From the NCBI GenBank assembly GCA_951406725.2, contig OX597821.1:118730001-118794000 (forward strand): a DNA stretch of 64,000 nt, read 5' to 3'. The notes below the pieces were generated by a model that was not told the origin of the DNA, did not search any database, and saw only the letters and a list, made by a program, of their open reading frames with translations. This document shows, one piece after another, positions 11,388 through 26,610 of the stretch. Source of the DNA: Octopus vulgaris (lineage: Eukaryota). The number at the start of each line of letters is the position of its first letter. The first letter of the stretch is position 1. Made by a program: the position numbers and the translations under genes.

Positions 11388-11900
11388 TTCAACTTGTAAA
11401 TCGTGAATTAATTTGTATATCTAAATAAAGAAACTCTTACGAGCTTTAATAGGGTATACAGCTTTACAGCGTAACATCAATATGTTAATTTTAGATTAAA
11501 AATAAATCTTAATTATTATAATTTAGAGTACCATTTAACTTAAGGACAACATGTAACATTTCATATTTTATGATTTTTTTGCTTTTAAAATTCATTCAGT
11601 AATCCCTAAAAAGCAATAAAATCACAGAGTCAGTATTTTGGGAACCCAAAATTACTTAATACAGATTTACATCTGCGAAATATAGAAATGTTCAGATCAT
11701 TTATCACTGTTACGGAGATTTTTTCCCACTTTCGGCTAAAAATGTTTAAAAAAAATTCTGTCTTAATACTTTTCAAAGTGCTACCCAACCTTTACCATGA
11801 ATTTTCGATGGTATTTAGGTCGGGCGACAGCGCTGGTCACTCTATCAACCGAAATCTCTTAGGTCTGATGTAGTTTCTGACAAGGTTCGTGGTGCCATTC
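11388..11900 (-). mobile_element. Tc1-like remnant (short variant)
   Basis: Same SPDLNTIENSW and C-terminal remnant as 2440-2955. Confidence 0.75.
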
Positions 11901-12925
11901 AGCTCGTTCTCTCTTACCCATCATAACTATTAGGTAACTTTAAAATTGAAGGACTCTTTAAGAATCACTTAAAAGGTCTTTTCTAATATGTGGTAATTTT
12001 TCATGCTACAAACAGAAGTCAAATTTACCTTACCTTTATGTTAGTCAATAAAGCAAAAAATGTATGTATGTATGTATTTATGTGTACACATGTATGCAGA
12101 CAGACAAACCTGTGAACTTCCACACATAACATACATGCACACACACATACACGCATGCACACATATATACATACACATGTACTTACATACACATACAAAT
12201 AAATACGCACATATATACACATACACACATATATATATACGAACACTCAAAAATACATACACACATACAAACTTACTTAAATACAGATATACACACTGAC
12301 ATACATACACATACACATCATACACACATACATACACACTTACGTACACATATTCATGCTGCACACATACATACATTCATACACACGCATATACATATAT
12401 ACACACATAAGTACATACATACATGCATACATACATAAATATATACACACAGACATACGTACGCAGATACATAGACACATACATAAAACCATACATATAA
12501 ACATGCATGCATAAACACAATCATACATATATACATACATACGTACACACATATACATGTACGTACATGCATACATACATACACACATACATATGCTCAT
12601 AGATGCATACATATGTGCACACATTCACAGACACCTGCATGCAAGTATGCATCTATGCCTATATACATACGCACATGAAATATGTACATATACACATATA
12701 CATACTTACATAACTACATACATCAGTACACGCACATACATGCATGCATACGTACGTACATACACACGTAGAAACACACATACACACATACGTATATGTA
12801 TACATACATGCATACAGTACATACTTACACACACACCTACACACGTAAATCCATACACATATAGGTTCATACACACAAACATACAAGTATACTTAGACAC
12901 CAACACACATATATATATACATGCA

Positions 12926-12973
<48 letters not shown>

Positions 12974-13349
12974 TACATAAACTCATACATGTTTATACAG
13001 TCACATATCTATGTTCTTTTCAATTGTTTGAGTCATTGAATTGCGTTTTTCAAAACTTTATCTCGTAATTCATTCCTAATATCCTCAAACACGCTTTAGA
13101 ACCGGCTGCATGAGAATCTATACGCTTCCTCTAATTTAACCACTCCACAACTCTAGTGTTCTTCGTTGCTCAATACTCGTTTTGTAATCTCCCATCTATA
13201 TATAGCTGAAGAACAGTGTCCCTTTGTTCTCTTTCTACATCCTTCTTTCCTTTTTGACACTAAATCCACATTTTCCAAACAATTGCATCGAAATTAAGAA
13301 CCCTAATTTACTAACGTTCAAATGTCATTTATATATATATATATATATA

Positions 13350-14190
13350 TTCAACTTGTAAATTGTGAATTAATTTGTATATCTAAGTAAACTAACTATT
13401 ACGAGCTTTAATAGGGTATACAGCTTTACAGGGTAAAATCAATATGTTAATTTTAGATTTAAAACAAATCTAAATTATTATAATTTAGAGTACCATTTAA
13501 CTTAAGGACATGTAACCTTTCATATATATTTTTTTTTTTGGCATTTAAAATTCATTCGGAAATCCCTAAAAAGCAATAAAATCACAGAGTCAGTATTGTG
13601 GGAAACCAAAATTACTTAATACAGCTTTGCATCTGCGAAACATAGAAATGTTCAGATCATTTATCACTGTTGCGGAGATTTTTCCCCACTTTCGGTTAAT
13701 AATGTTTTTAAAAAATTGTCTTAATACTTTTCACAGCTCTACCCAACCATTCCCAAGGATTTTCCATGGGTTCCAGCTCGGGCGACGACGCTGGTCACTA
13801 TATCAACCGAAATCTCTTAGGTATAATGTAATTTCTGGCTTGGTACGAGGTGACATTCGGGTGGTTGTCATGCTGGAAAGTCCAAATGCCTTCGGGCGTA
13901 TGGAAGCATAGTATTATTCAATATTTCTAGATAGGACTTACTATCCAATCGGATTATAGAACTGACGTCTTTTCCAGACATACACCCTTACATCATCACA
14001 CTTCCGCCAGAGTGCCTAATTGAAGGTTGGATGCATTTTGGATGGAATTCTTCACCTATACGCCTTCTTACGTACTTCCTGATATCACTGCCGAACCAGT
14101 TGTACTTTGATGCGTCCGACCACAACACATTCGTCCAATCTGCTAGACTCCATTTCAAATGTTTTTTAACGGGCAAATCGATTTTTCAAA
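13350..14190 (-). mobile_element. Tc1-like remnant (long variant)
   Basis: ORF 13988-14176 WTNVLWSDASKYNWFGSD... Confidence 0.8.
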
Positions 14191-14680
14191 TACACACATA
14201 CACACATACATGCATAGACACTCATACATACATTCACTCATACATTCATACATACAGACATTTTCACATACACACATACATACTTACATACTTACATACA
14301 TACATACACACATACTCATATACATACATACAGCCATACATACACACATACAAACATACACACATACATACACACAAACAAACATACACACATACATACA
14401 TACACTACATACATACATACGCACATACATGCATGTGTGTATGTATGTACGTGTGAATGTATTTACGTATGCATGTATGTGCATATATATCTATGCGTGT
14501 CCGTATATAGATATCTGCATACATATATATATATATATATATATGTGTGTATATACATCTATGAGTGTATATACATAAATTCATACATACATACATTCAT
14601 ATATACATTCAATTATGCATACATGCATAAATACTTAAATACATGTATACATACACATTTACATACATGCATACATACAT

Positions 14681-14711
<31 letters not shown>

Positions 14712-14731
14712 CATACATACATACATATACA

Positions 14732-14765
<34 letters not shown>

Positions 14766-14785
14766 CATATACATACATACCTACA

Positions 14786-14819
<34 letters not shown>

Positions 14820-15082
14820 CATACATACATACATACATACATACATACATACATGGTGGTTGTCTACTCCTTATACAGAGTTTGACCACCTTCTTACCGA
14901 CACCTTAACACCATTATAGTGCCTGATGTGGCTTTTCAAAAGAAAGAATATTCTGAAAAGACACCCATATAGATTGCTCAAGAGCACTCAAGAGCGACAT
15001 ACATACATACATATATACATACATACATACATACATACATACATACAGACAGACAGACAGACAGACATGATGGCCGTATATG

Positions 15083-15578
15083 AACATGTATCATATATCA
15101 AAATGAAGCTGGTTCTCAGTGGATCACATCCCTACTCCACAACATAGTTGCCGTTTCTCTCAGAAGCAATGTTCCACCTTCGAATGACTACATGTATCCC
15201 AGCTCCGTGAAATTCGGTTGACTGCTCTTTGAGCCATTTCTTCAATACCTCCACCCTCACCAGATTTAGCACCTCAGACTATCATCTCTTCGGCGCAACA
15301 AAAGAGAGTTTGAGAGGCAAACATTATACCAATGACGAGGAATTAAGAAATGTGGTGAAGAAGTGGCTCAAAGAACATTCAACAGAATTTTACAGGGCAG
15401 GAATACATGCTCTCATTCGAAGAAGGAACGTTGATTTTGAGAGAAACGGTAACTATATCAAAGAGTAGGGATGTAATCCACTGGGGCCAAGATTCATTTT
15501 GATGTATGATACATGTTCCTGTGTTGGTAATTATACCTGTCCTAAACAAAATGGCATTACTTTTTGACTCACCCTCCC
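15083..15578 (+). mobile_element. Mariner-derived foldback module
   Basis: ORF 15229-15468 is the mariner C-terminus, followed by the TIR. Confidence 0.8.
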
Positions 15579-16389
15579 ACATACATACATACATACATAC
15601 ATACATAAGTACGTACACACATACTCACATACATACACATATACATACGCACATACATACACACATACATATCCACATACATACGTACGTACATACACAC
15701 CTATACATATACATACATAAATGCATACATACACACATACATACACAAATGCATGTATATACAGACACAAACGTATATACAAACCTACATACACTCATAC
15801 ATACATAAATATCTACATACGCACATTCACCCATACGTGCATACACACATACATACATGCATACACACGCACCCACACACATACTTGTTTGAATACACGT
15901 ATATATACCTGCATGCACACATACGTACACATACAAATACAGATATGCATTCATGCATACGTGCACACAAACTTACACACATACATACACACATTCATAC
16001 TCGCATACGTATATACTTACATTCAGACATATACGTTTATACAGTCACATATCTATGTTCTTTTCAATTGTTTGAGTCATTGAATTGCGTTTTCCAAAAC
16101 TTTATCTCATAATTCATTCCTAATATCCTGAAACACACTTTAGAACTGGCTGCGTGAGAATCTATACGCCTTCTTCTAATTTAACCACTCCACAACTCAA
16201 GTGTTCTTCGTTGCTCAGTACTCGTTTTGTAATCTCCCATCTATATGTAGCTGAAGAACAGTTTCCCTTTGTTTTCTTTCTACATCCTTCTTTCCCTTTT
16301 GACACATTTTCCAAGCATTTACAATGGCCTCATTGAACTTAAGAACCCTAATTTACTAATGTTCAAATGTCATTTATATATATATATAT

Positions 16390-17243
16390 TCAACTTGTAT
16401 ATTGTGAATTAATTTGTATATCTAAGTAAACTAACTATTACGAGCTTTAATATGGTATACAGCTTTACAGGGTAAAATCAATATGTTAATTTTAGATTTA
16501 AAACAAATCTAAATTATTATAATTTAGAGTACCATTTAACTTAAGGACAACATGTAACCTTTCATATTTTTTTTTTTTTTGGCATTTAAAATTCATTCTG
16601 AAATCCCTAAAAAGCAATAAAATCACAGAGTCAGTATTTTGGGAACCCAAAATTACTTAATACAGCTTTGCATCTGCAAAACATAGAAATGTTCAGATCA
16701 TTTATCACTGTTGCGGAGATTTTTTCCCACTTTCGGCTAATAATGTTTTAAAAAAATTCTCCTTATTCTTTGTCTTAATACTTTTCACAGCTCTACCCAA
16801 CCATTCTCAAGGATTTTGGATGGGTTCCAGCTCGGGCGACGACGCCGGTCACTCTATCAACCGAAATCTCTTAGGTATAATGTAATTTCTGACTAGTTAC
16901 GAGGTGACATTCGGGTGGTTGTCACGATGGAAAGTCCAAATGCTTTCGGGCGTATGGAGGCATAGTATTATTCAATATTTCTAGATAGGACTTACTATCC
17001 ATTAATATTATAGAACCGACGTCTTTTCCAGACATTCACCCTTACATCATCACACTTCCGGCAGAGTGCCTAATTGAAGGTTGGATGCATTTTGGATGGA
17101 ATTCTTCGCCTATATGCCTTCTTAAATACTTCCTGACATCTCTGCCGAACAAGTTGAACTTTGATGCGTCCGACCACAACACATTCTTCCAATCTGCTGG
17201 ACTCCATTTCAAATGTTCCTTAACGGGCAAATCGATTTTTCAA
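16390..17243 (-). mobile_element. Tc1-like remnant (long variant)
   Basis: ORF 17042-17230 WKNVLWSDASKFNLFG... Confidence 0.8.
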
Positions 17244-17738
17244 ATACACACATACACACATACATGCATACATACATATACATACATACATACATACATA
17301 AATACATATATACATACATACATACACACTCACATACATACAGACATACATACACACATACATACATGTGTGTATGTATGTACATGTGAATGTACTTATG
17401 TATGCATGTATGTGTATATAAATGTGTATATATATCTATGTGTGTAAGTATGTTTTTATGTATATGTATATGTACGTATGTACCTATGTATGTGTGCATG
17501 TACAGAAATTCATACGTGCATACATTCTTACATCCATAAATACATTCAAAAATACATACATTCACATATACATTCAATAATGCATACATGCATAAATACA
17601 TTAATACATACGTACAAATATATTTACATACCTACATACATACATACATACATACACACATATTTACATACATACATACATACATACATATATACATACA
17701 TACATGCAGACAGACAGACAGACATGATGGCCGTCTAT

Positions 17739-18227
17739 GAACTTGTATCATACATCAAAATGAAACTGGTTTTCAGTGGATCACATCCCTACTCCACAAC
17801 ATAGTTGCCGTTTCTCTCAAAAGCAATGTTCCACCTTCGAATGACTGCATGTATCCCAGCCCTGTAAAATTATGCTGACTGTTCTTTGAGCCATTTCTTC
17901 ACTACCTCCACCCTCACCAGATTTTGCACTTCAGACTATAATCTCTTCGGTGCAACAAAAGAGGATTTGAGAGGCAAACATTATACCAGTGACGAGGAAG
18001 TAAGAAATGTGGTGAAGAAGTGGCTCAAAGAACATTCAACAGAATTTTACAGGGCAGGAATACATGCTCTCATTCGAAGGAGGAACATTGCTTTTGAGAG
18101 AAACGGTAACTATATCAAAGAGTAGGGATGTGATTAACTGGGGCCAAGATTTATCTTGATGTATTATACATGTTCCTGTGTTGATCCCTCTCCTTAAAAA
18201 ATGGCATTACTTTTTGACGCACCCTCG
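17739..18227 (+). mobile_element. Mariner-derived foldback module
   Basis: ORF 17886-18125; the TIR ends ...gacgcaccctcg followed by TA. Confidence 0.8.
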
Positions 18228-19199
18228 TACATACATACATCCATAAGTACATACACACATACCCACATAAATACCCACATATATACACACATACATATAC
18301 ACACATACATGCACACATGCATACATACACACACACACGCATATAGAAACATACACTCATACATACACAAATACATATATATATACGCATATATATACAT
18401 ATATATACATATAAGGACACATACATATATGCACGTATACATACATATATACATACACACAGACATACATATATATATATACAAAATTGCATGCTTACAT
18501 ATACACATATATAGACAGATATGTACACACATACATATATATGACCATTTATGCGTACATATATATACGCTTGCATACAAAGATACATACATACATACGC
18601 ACGTACATATATACATACATACATACATACATACGCACATACATTCATAAAGACACACACATATAAACACATATGTACATAGTCACTTGCATACATACAT
18701 AAATACATACAACAGACATGCGTACGCAGATATATAGTTACATACATTTAAACATGCATGCATAAATACAATCATTCATATATACATCCATACTTACACA
18801 CATATAAATGTACATACATGTGTACATACACACATACATACGCTCATAGATGCATACATACCAGCATACATACATACATAGGCACCTACATGCAAGTATG
18901 CATACATACGTATATACATACACACATGCATTTCTACATATACACACATACAAACTTACATGCCTACATACATAAGTACAAGCACATACATGCATGCAAA
19001 CGTACGTACATACACACGTAGAGGCACACATACATATATATGAACATACATGCATGCATGCGAGCATATATATATATACATACATACACACATACATATA
19101 TATATGTATGCATACATTACAAACCTACACACATACTTAGCTGCATACAAGCATATACATGCATGCATGTGTACATACATACATACATACAGTACTTAC

Positions 19200-22100
19200 T
19201 TTTATGGCTGCCCCCTTGTTATCGAGTATGGCTATTGCATGAAGCTTAACTGTTACTGGTGCTGTGATCGAATGTAACTTTTTAGCCCAGCCAAAGATCT
19301 AAAATGTCTTGTAAAAAATTGGCAGCTAAAACCTTTTCTGGAAATAGTCGGCTGTAGTTGTAACTGGGCTTCATGTACCTTTGTATGTCGTTTAAGTCCT
19401 CCTGCCGAATTACACTCTCTTCCACATGCCCGTCAGATATGATTAGTATGGTGTATTACCCCACCACCAGTGGCCAGGTTGTCACTCATCTGTCTCGTTT
19501 TATGACTACGAAGATGACTCATGAACCCAGCTTTACTGAGGCAGGGTCTTGTATAAATATTGCATGTCAGAATCGAAGGAAGACCCTTCCCTTCTGGAAG
19601 TGTAACAGCGATGCCCTTCCTGACATCTCTCCTTACTTTCTCATGTGCAACTCGAGATTTCTCAAAAGTGGCTGTCCCCTCATGCACAATCCTTCTCCAT
19701 CTGCTTCGATCAATAGCTATGCCTTCCCATGTGTCAGGAGAGATGCAAGTATCTCTTAAGGAAGCCTTCAGCAAGTCCTTATACCTCTTTTTTTGGTTTA
19801 TGTGGAGGTCGTTCTCCTTTAGCTAACTCTCCATAAAAGAATTGTTTTGGCATCCTTGAATCCTTCATTCTGACCAGATGACCACTCCATCTGAGCCTTT
19901 GCTTTAACACAAGATCTTCTATTTCTTCACACCGAGAGCCTTCGAGTATTTCAAGATAACTGATGCGGTCCTTCCACTTAATGCCATACATCCGTCTGAG
20001 GCACAACTGATGGAAACGTTCCAGTTGTTTAAGGTGGTATCGATATGCGACCCACGTCTCTCAGGCATAGAGAAGAGAAGGAAGCACACATGCCTTGTAC
20101 ACCTTTATCTTTGTCTTTCTGCATATGTCTCGCCGACTCCAGAGGCGCTTTTCTAGCCTTCCGAAAGCAACACTTGCTTTCCTAATTCTATATGGAATTT
20201 TCATCATCCACATTGCCTATCTATTAATAGTGCTTCCCAGGTAGACAAACTGATCGACTACATCAAGTCGTTTACCATTCACATAGATATTTGGTACACT
20301 ATACTGCTTACCAGGGGCAGGTTGATGCATGACAACAGTTTTCTTGAAATCGACTATCAATCCTAAGGCAGTGCAAGCATCAGAGAATGAATTCAAAATG
20401 TGTTGCATATCAATCTCTGTGTGTGCTACTAGCTCATATCATCAGCATACAAAATGTCTCTTACGATAGAGGTAAATATCTTTGTTTTTGCAGCAAGGCG
20501 CCTGCTAGAGGTTCGAAAATGGACGTAAACACCGTATCTGCAGTTTCTGAATGCAATACAGGACACCATCGCGAAATATATAGAAAATAGGGTCGGTGTC
20601 AGAATATCCCCCTGTTTCACTCCATTTTGTATTGAAATGGGCTCCGATATTTTCCCTCTAACATTCACCCTAACATTCATGTCTACAGGAAAAGACCTAA
20701 CCAAACCAAAGCAAGGAACTTTTCAGGACACCCAAGTTTCTGTAGGACTTTCCACAATGCTTTTCCATTGACGGTATCAAAGGCTTTTGTCAGATCGACA
20801 AAAATCTGATACTAATCCAGACCCTGTTCCACACACTTTTCCTGAAGCTGAAAAAAGATCATATCAGCAGTGTCACGTCCCACACGAAAGCCAGATTGAC
20901 TTTCTGGAAGAACACAATCTGCAATGTATTTCAGCAGACGATCCAGAAGTATCCTGCATAAAACCGTTCCTACAGCAGACAGCAATGATACTCCCCTATA
21001 ATTACCACAATCATTCCTGTTGCCCTTTCCCTTATACAGGACCACCATTACTGTATCTCTCTAGTCCTCAGGTAGAGGTTCACTAGTCCATATCTTACCA
21101 AACAAAGACTGGGGTTTCTGCAGAAGTTTCTCACCACCATGCTGTAACAACTCCGCATGTATGCCATCCATACCTGGAGACTTCCCATTATTCAACCTTG
21201 AGACAGCTATTGCAACTTCTTCCAACTTTGGTGGTTCCGCGAGTGCTGCCTTCACAGGCAATCTAGGGATGAGATTGAGAACATCCTCACTAACTACAGA
21301 CTGCTGATTCAAAAGTTCATCAAAGTGTTCTTGCCACCTTCGCAGAATTCCTTGTGAATAACGAAGAAGTCCTTTACCATCCCTGCTTCGAAGTGGTGTC
21401 ATCAGGGAAGACGTCGGTCCATAAACTTCTCGCAAGAGACCATACAACAGCTTTGTGTTATTGGAATCTGAAGCCGCCTGTATCTCATCAGCCTTCTTAC
21501 TCCACCATGTATCCCTCATCTGAGAGAGCCTTTGCCTCACACGTGATTTTACATCCTTGAGTTCCCCATGCAACACTTCCCTTTCCTGTGGCTTTGCTGA
21601 CAAATAGCGTGACAAAGTACGTCTTTTATCAGCCAATTAATCATCTATATGTTCATCATTTTCTTTGAACCAATCTTGATGCTTTCTTTGTATCAATCCC
21701 AGAACTTCCTTGCCTATATCATAAACTGACTTTTTAAGGGTCGGCCAATCCTCCCCAATATCTACAGCATTCATTTCCTCTCGTAAAGTTCTCTTCACAC
21801 TATTATACCTAAGACGATCAACATCCAGTCTTTTAGGCAGGGTCATCCCTGCAGCTCGAATTTTATATTTTGTGACTAATTTCACTTTTGCGCGTACTAG
21901 GCGGTGGTCACTCCAACACTCAGCTCCACGAAGAACACAAACACACTGCACATCCTGTCTGTCACGCACCCTAACTATGCTGTAATCCAGAATATGCCAT
22001 TGTTTAGATGCAGCGTGCATCCATGTAATCTTAAGCTTATTCTTTTGTTGAAACATGGTATTGGTAACACAGACTCAGCTCCTCACACATTTGCTGCAAA

Positions 22101-23300
22101 AGCATGCCGTTATTATTACACTTCCCCACCCCATGCTTTCCAATTACAGTCCATGTGTTAAAATCACTACCCACTCTAGCATTAAAGTCACCCAGTAGGA
22201 TGACTTTGTCTGCCCGAGGGATATTTCTTATAATGCCCTTCAATGCATGGTAGAAAGAAAGTTTTTCGTCATCAGTATAGCACATAGTTGGAGCATACAC
22301 ACTCACCAAGGTCATATAATTTCCTTTAGCCAAAATAATTCTCATGGACATAAGACGCTCGTTAATTCCGATTGGGAATTCTTCCAACTTGTCCACAATA
22401 GTAGTCTTAAAAGCAAATGCTACTCCAGCTTCTCCTGTAACCTCTTCATTCCCCACTTGTCAAAAGAATGTATATTTTCCACAAGATTCTGTAAGATGAC
22501 CATCTCCAGGTAATCTCGTCTCAGATAAAGCAACGATGTCAAGATCATAGCGTTGAATCTCCTTCGCAACAAGCACAGTCCTTGTTTCAGGACATTCAGA
22601 GGACTTGCGGTCAAGCAATGTCCGTACATTCCAACAGCCAATATTCACTATTTTCTTTGGTTCTATGACAGTAGCATGATGACGGCCGGGTTCAGACTGT
22701 GATGCTCTGGAGCCCCTGCCGGGCAATACTCTTTCAGCTGATGTCGTTCCAGAGTCCTTACTGCCATTTATTTTTACGCTGCTTTGGTACATCATTGACT
22801 TTTTGCTTTTTAAGGTTACAGCCAGCCATGCGGTTGAGACTCACAGCACTATCAACAATCATGAATTAGTTAATCAGCTTAATCAATCCAATGTTGTTAT
22901 CGTGCAATGCCTGTGCAAGAAGATTTTTTTTAAGTGAGGAAAGGATGTGCACTGAGTCAATCCCACTCACTAAGCAACAGCAGCCATAATCCGAAAAGAA
23001 GAACAAGTCAACATCATCGGTAACCACTGAGGCGCAGGTTTTATGTCGGAGTTATCCCAGTTACCTGAATTACCTTCTTCTAGAAGGATGCCCAAACAAA
23101 GGCTAGGAGTCCTTCACTCCCAATGGTTTAACCGCGCGATCGGGTATTCAGTCCGATTATTTCTATGTCCCCGCGCATGATACAGCCTTAAGACATTTAT
23201 TGGATGGTCGTTGACTCTCAAGAGTTCCTCCGCCCTTTGATGGGTTTTGTGTTACATCCCGAAGGGTGTCCAATAAACACCCTCCTCACCAAGCACCATA
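19200..23300 (-). mobile_element. RTE-clade LINE, near full length, fragmented ORF (APE + RT + C-terminal C2H2-like finger)
   Basis: NIGCWNVRTL, DIVALSETRL, GDFNARVG, WSDHRLV, SPGMDGIHAE, YRGVSLLS, QSGFR, GVKQGD, LYADD, FVYLGS, LRWSGHLVRM, CLSKAGFMSHLRSH. The 3' end runs into (TATG)n. Confidence 0.93.
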
Positions 23301-23899
23301 CATAAATGTCTGCCAGAGGCTTAACCTCAATCCAGATTGCCTTTGAATGTCGTATCCTATCCCTTCAGCAACACCTCTTAACCTTGACCAAGTTTGCATA
23401 GATGAGGCTGATGATATCATAAGACTTGGAAGGTAACTCCTTGAGCAGCATTCCCTGTCAGATAACCTGAAATGCATACCCATAGAAGTTGTAAGACTCT
23501 ATCGCTACGTATCATTAGGGGAAACGATGAGCATATATCAGCAGAAGATTATTCATGGATATATTTGTAGAAGGCCCTATTATGATAGTAACACTGATCA
23601 TCAAAGCGATCAACGATGGACCAATAGCCGGATTACTACCTCCCACTTTGAATGTATCCGTTCGCAATCCGGAAACAGACAATATCAACCAAATACCTAG
23701 AGCACAAAAGCGATAGAGATGCAGGAAAAGTAGTAAAATGTTCTTCTGGTGCAGATTTTGTGGGGTTAACACCGAACACATCAACCATTCACAAGCAGTT
23801 GTCTGAAAATGTTATCACAGTATAATCTACCGATGAGGCATGATGTGGTAGCTAGGACACACTGTGATGAAATTCATTGGAAAGGTAACACCGAGGACA

Positions 23900-24530
23900 A
23901 AGAAATAAGAACCCACAGTAGAAGCCATAGCTACTAATAATAAAAAGGAGTACTGGTGGAATATAAGTACAGTAGACCTGATATAACGATTTGGGATAGA
24001 GAAGAGAAACTGTGTACAAATGTGAAATTTGCTGCCCAGCGGGTGTTAACTTAAAGATGAAGATCAATGAAAAAGAGAACACCTACGCTGAACTATTGAG
24101 AAATCTGAAGTTACACTAACCAAATTACAGGTTCAGATTTACACCTGTAATTATTGGGTCCTTGGTATATCTAACAACCCTGCCTAAATACCGATCTTGA
24201 GAACTTCGGCTTCTCAAAACCAGAAAGGAGAAAGCAAATTCGAAAAGAACAGATCCAAACCATCACTAGAACTGTAGAAATCCGTAAAACTTTCCAGAAG
24301 TTTAGCATTTAAATATATATCAGCATGCCTAGATATGCAACTATATGCACGAGTATACATACAGAGTACAAATCATACAAATCTGCACATATAAATACAT
24401 ACAAACAAACAAAAATACCCTGTTGTTAATGTTGTAATTCCAATGAAGGAGCCTTGGACCTAGGTTAGAAACCGGCGCTTTTTCTAAAGGCAAAACTTCT
24501 TGAAATAAAACCAAATAACGTCATACATAT
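23900..24530 (+). mobile_element. Decayed RLE-type (R4/Dong-like) LINE 3' end
   Basis: Reads VNLKMKINEKENTYAELLRNL...FRFTPVIIGSLG, the C-terminus of a restriction-like endonuclease. Confidence 0.6.
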
Positions 24531-25172
24531 ATACATTGCCATACTCAGTGCCCCGATCAATCATTCAGTGAGATATCCAAGTGCTAGATTTCTTCTACTG
24601 AATATTTTTAGAGCAGAACAAAAAAGATATTTCATATTTGACAAAACTGCAAACATCAATTTTACAAAATCAATAGCATTCCTTAACTTTTTTAAATTCT
24701 ATTTATAGCATTTATGTTTCACTTTGTTTAGGGATAAACATTTATTTTATTTAATTCAAAATTAAAAGTATTTTTTTGTTTTTCGGATTTTAAGATTTTT
24801 CTTCCAAGTTCTTAGTTTTAATATAAGATATAGAAGAGTTTAAAAGGAAACAAGTCTTGATAAATATTACGATGGTGTACTTCATTTCAAATTCTACTTT
24901 CAAATTATTGGGAATTATGAAGTTAACCTAAACACTTTTGATGGCGACGCCCTTGTACGACAAACACGGCAGTGGGACCGCTCATAGAATATATTGGGAA
25001 CATTGAAGATTATAATAATTTTAGAATGATGGAATGTTTATATAAGCATTCCAATGAAATACGACTAACACAAAGTTTTCTCAGTTACCATTTATAAATA
25101 GTGATCGAGTGAACACAATAAATGGATTTAGAGTTGGTATTCCTTTATAACTTTGAATATTTCTAATAAAAT

Positions 25173-25375
25173 AGGCGGTGAAATGGCCAAGGTGCTATCA
25201 TTTCAAACAAAATGCTTTGCAGGATTTCTCTGGGGTCTTTACGTTCTGAGTTGAAATCCTGCCAGGGTCACCTTTGCCAATCATACCTCTTCGGTACTGA
25301 GGATGAATTAACCAACTGTCCACCTCACACAGAAGCAATTCCCGGCATTGTGCCGAAACCAGAAACAACTTTATA
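25173..25375 (+). mobile_element. tRNA-derived SINE (octopus type), decayed
   Basis: ggcggtga... head and B-box-like ctgagttgaaatcctgcc; similar to 57462-57680. Confidence 0.6.
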
Positions 25376-25457
25376 ACGGTCTCTCTTCGATTTCATTACA
25401 ATGAATTACTACGCTATGTCACATGTGTTTATGTATGCTGCCTCTGTGTCTGTGTAC

Positions 25458-25524
<67 letters not shown>

Positions 25525-25639
25525 TGCATAAGTATAAAACTCAATACATCCAAATTTAGTTGATTTGAAGAGGGGATTGTTTTCCTGCAGAAGGGCTTCG
25601 AAAATGCAATTGATTTAGTTACAGACCAATAACTAAGAA

Positions 25640-25830
25640 TATGATAAGGCAGCTTTGCGACATCTCGTCTGTTTTAATTTTTTCTGAGTTCAAATTCCGC
25701 CGAGGTCGATTTTGCTTTTCATTATTTCAGGATCGATAACATAAATTCCACCAGTTGAGCACTGGGGTCGATGCAATCGACTTACCCTTCCGCCGACATT
25801 ACTTGCCTTATGACAAAATGTGTAAGCAAT
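25640..25830 (+). mobile_element. tRNA-derived SINE with Nin/Deu-like core, decayed
   Basis: ctgagttcaaattccgccgaggtcga...tcgataa...ccagttgagcactggggtcgatgcaatcgac. Confidence 0.7.
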
Positions 25831-26196
25831 ATACTAATGCATTGTATCATCAATAAAAAGACGGATGAAATAGATGGGCGTTAGTGAAGCTAAAGGGGAG
25901 AAGACGATGGTAGATGAGGTTTGGAGGCCCAGAACGATCAAAAGAAAGAGACGGAGGGTGAGATTTAAGAAGAGAGAAACCTCTAGAAGAAAAGAGAAAA
26001 GTCTAGAAGGAATAATGGAAAACAACAATGTAAAAATAAAAACCAAGAACTTATAACACGACAGGATCTGACTTTATATATACATATATAAATACATATA
26101 CACACACAAACTCACACACGCATATACATATATATATACAAACATATACATCCAGACGTATAAATGCGTGTATGCTTTAATGAATGTGTGTGACCG

Positions 26197-26227
<31 letters not shown>

Positions 26228-26315
26228 GGGCGTGTCAGTGTGATTGTGTATGCGTGTGTACTTCTATACACGTACAAGTTTGCATAGAAATGGACATAAA
26301 CATATACATATATTA

Positions 26316-26385
<70 letters not shown>

Positions 26386-26578
26386 AGAGTTCACGGAAAT
26401 AACAAAAGACGAAGACAGGTGGTGTACAAAACAAACAGATGTATTATTATAACGCTCAGGAAATTGAAACAGTATTTTACGTTTCAGGTCTCTTCTCTTC
26501 TACAGAAAGGGACACAAAAATAAAAACGAGGAGAGAAAGAAGAAGAGAGAAAAATGCGATACCGATCTATCATGGCGA

Positions 26579-26610
<32 letters not shown>

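Larger units (their letters stand above)
8893..18227 (+). repeat. Composite tandem array, left block (Tc1 remnant / RTE scrap / mariner foldback / microsatellite spacer modules)
   Basis: A module beginning gtttatacagtcacatatct recurs at about 11024, 12991 and 16035. The mariner module recurs at about 10074, 15083 and 17739. Confidence 0.9.

Noticed and set aside
8893-18227. CRISPR-like repeat/spacer reading of the array
   Set aside because: Units are kilobase-sized TE remnants, the spacers are themselves duplicated, there are no cas genes, and the context is eukaryotic.
1054-19277. Dozens of HTYI-rich and VCMY-rich ORFs (also at 37-46 kb and 52-54 kb)
   Set aside because: Translations of (CA)n/(CATA)n/(TA)n microsatellites, open on both strands and in several frames.
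23590-23710. tRNA-like sequence on the minus strand
   Set aside because: No cloverleaf can be drawn; at most a decayed SINE head.
24438-24480. ccaatgaag...gaaac as a hammerhead
   Set aside because: The core lacks CUGA and the stems are unconvincing.
26470-26510. Possible hammerhead relic (minus strand gaagag...gaaacgtaaaa) in an (AT)n-flanked repeat
   Set aside because: Too degenerate, with no CUGA core or stem II.
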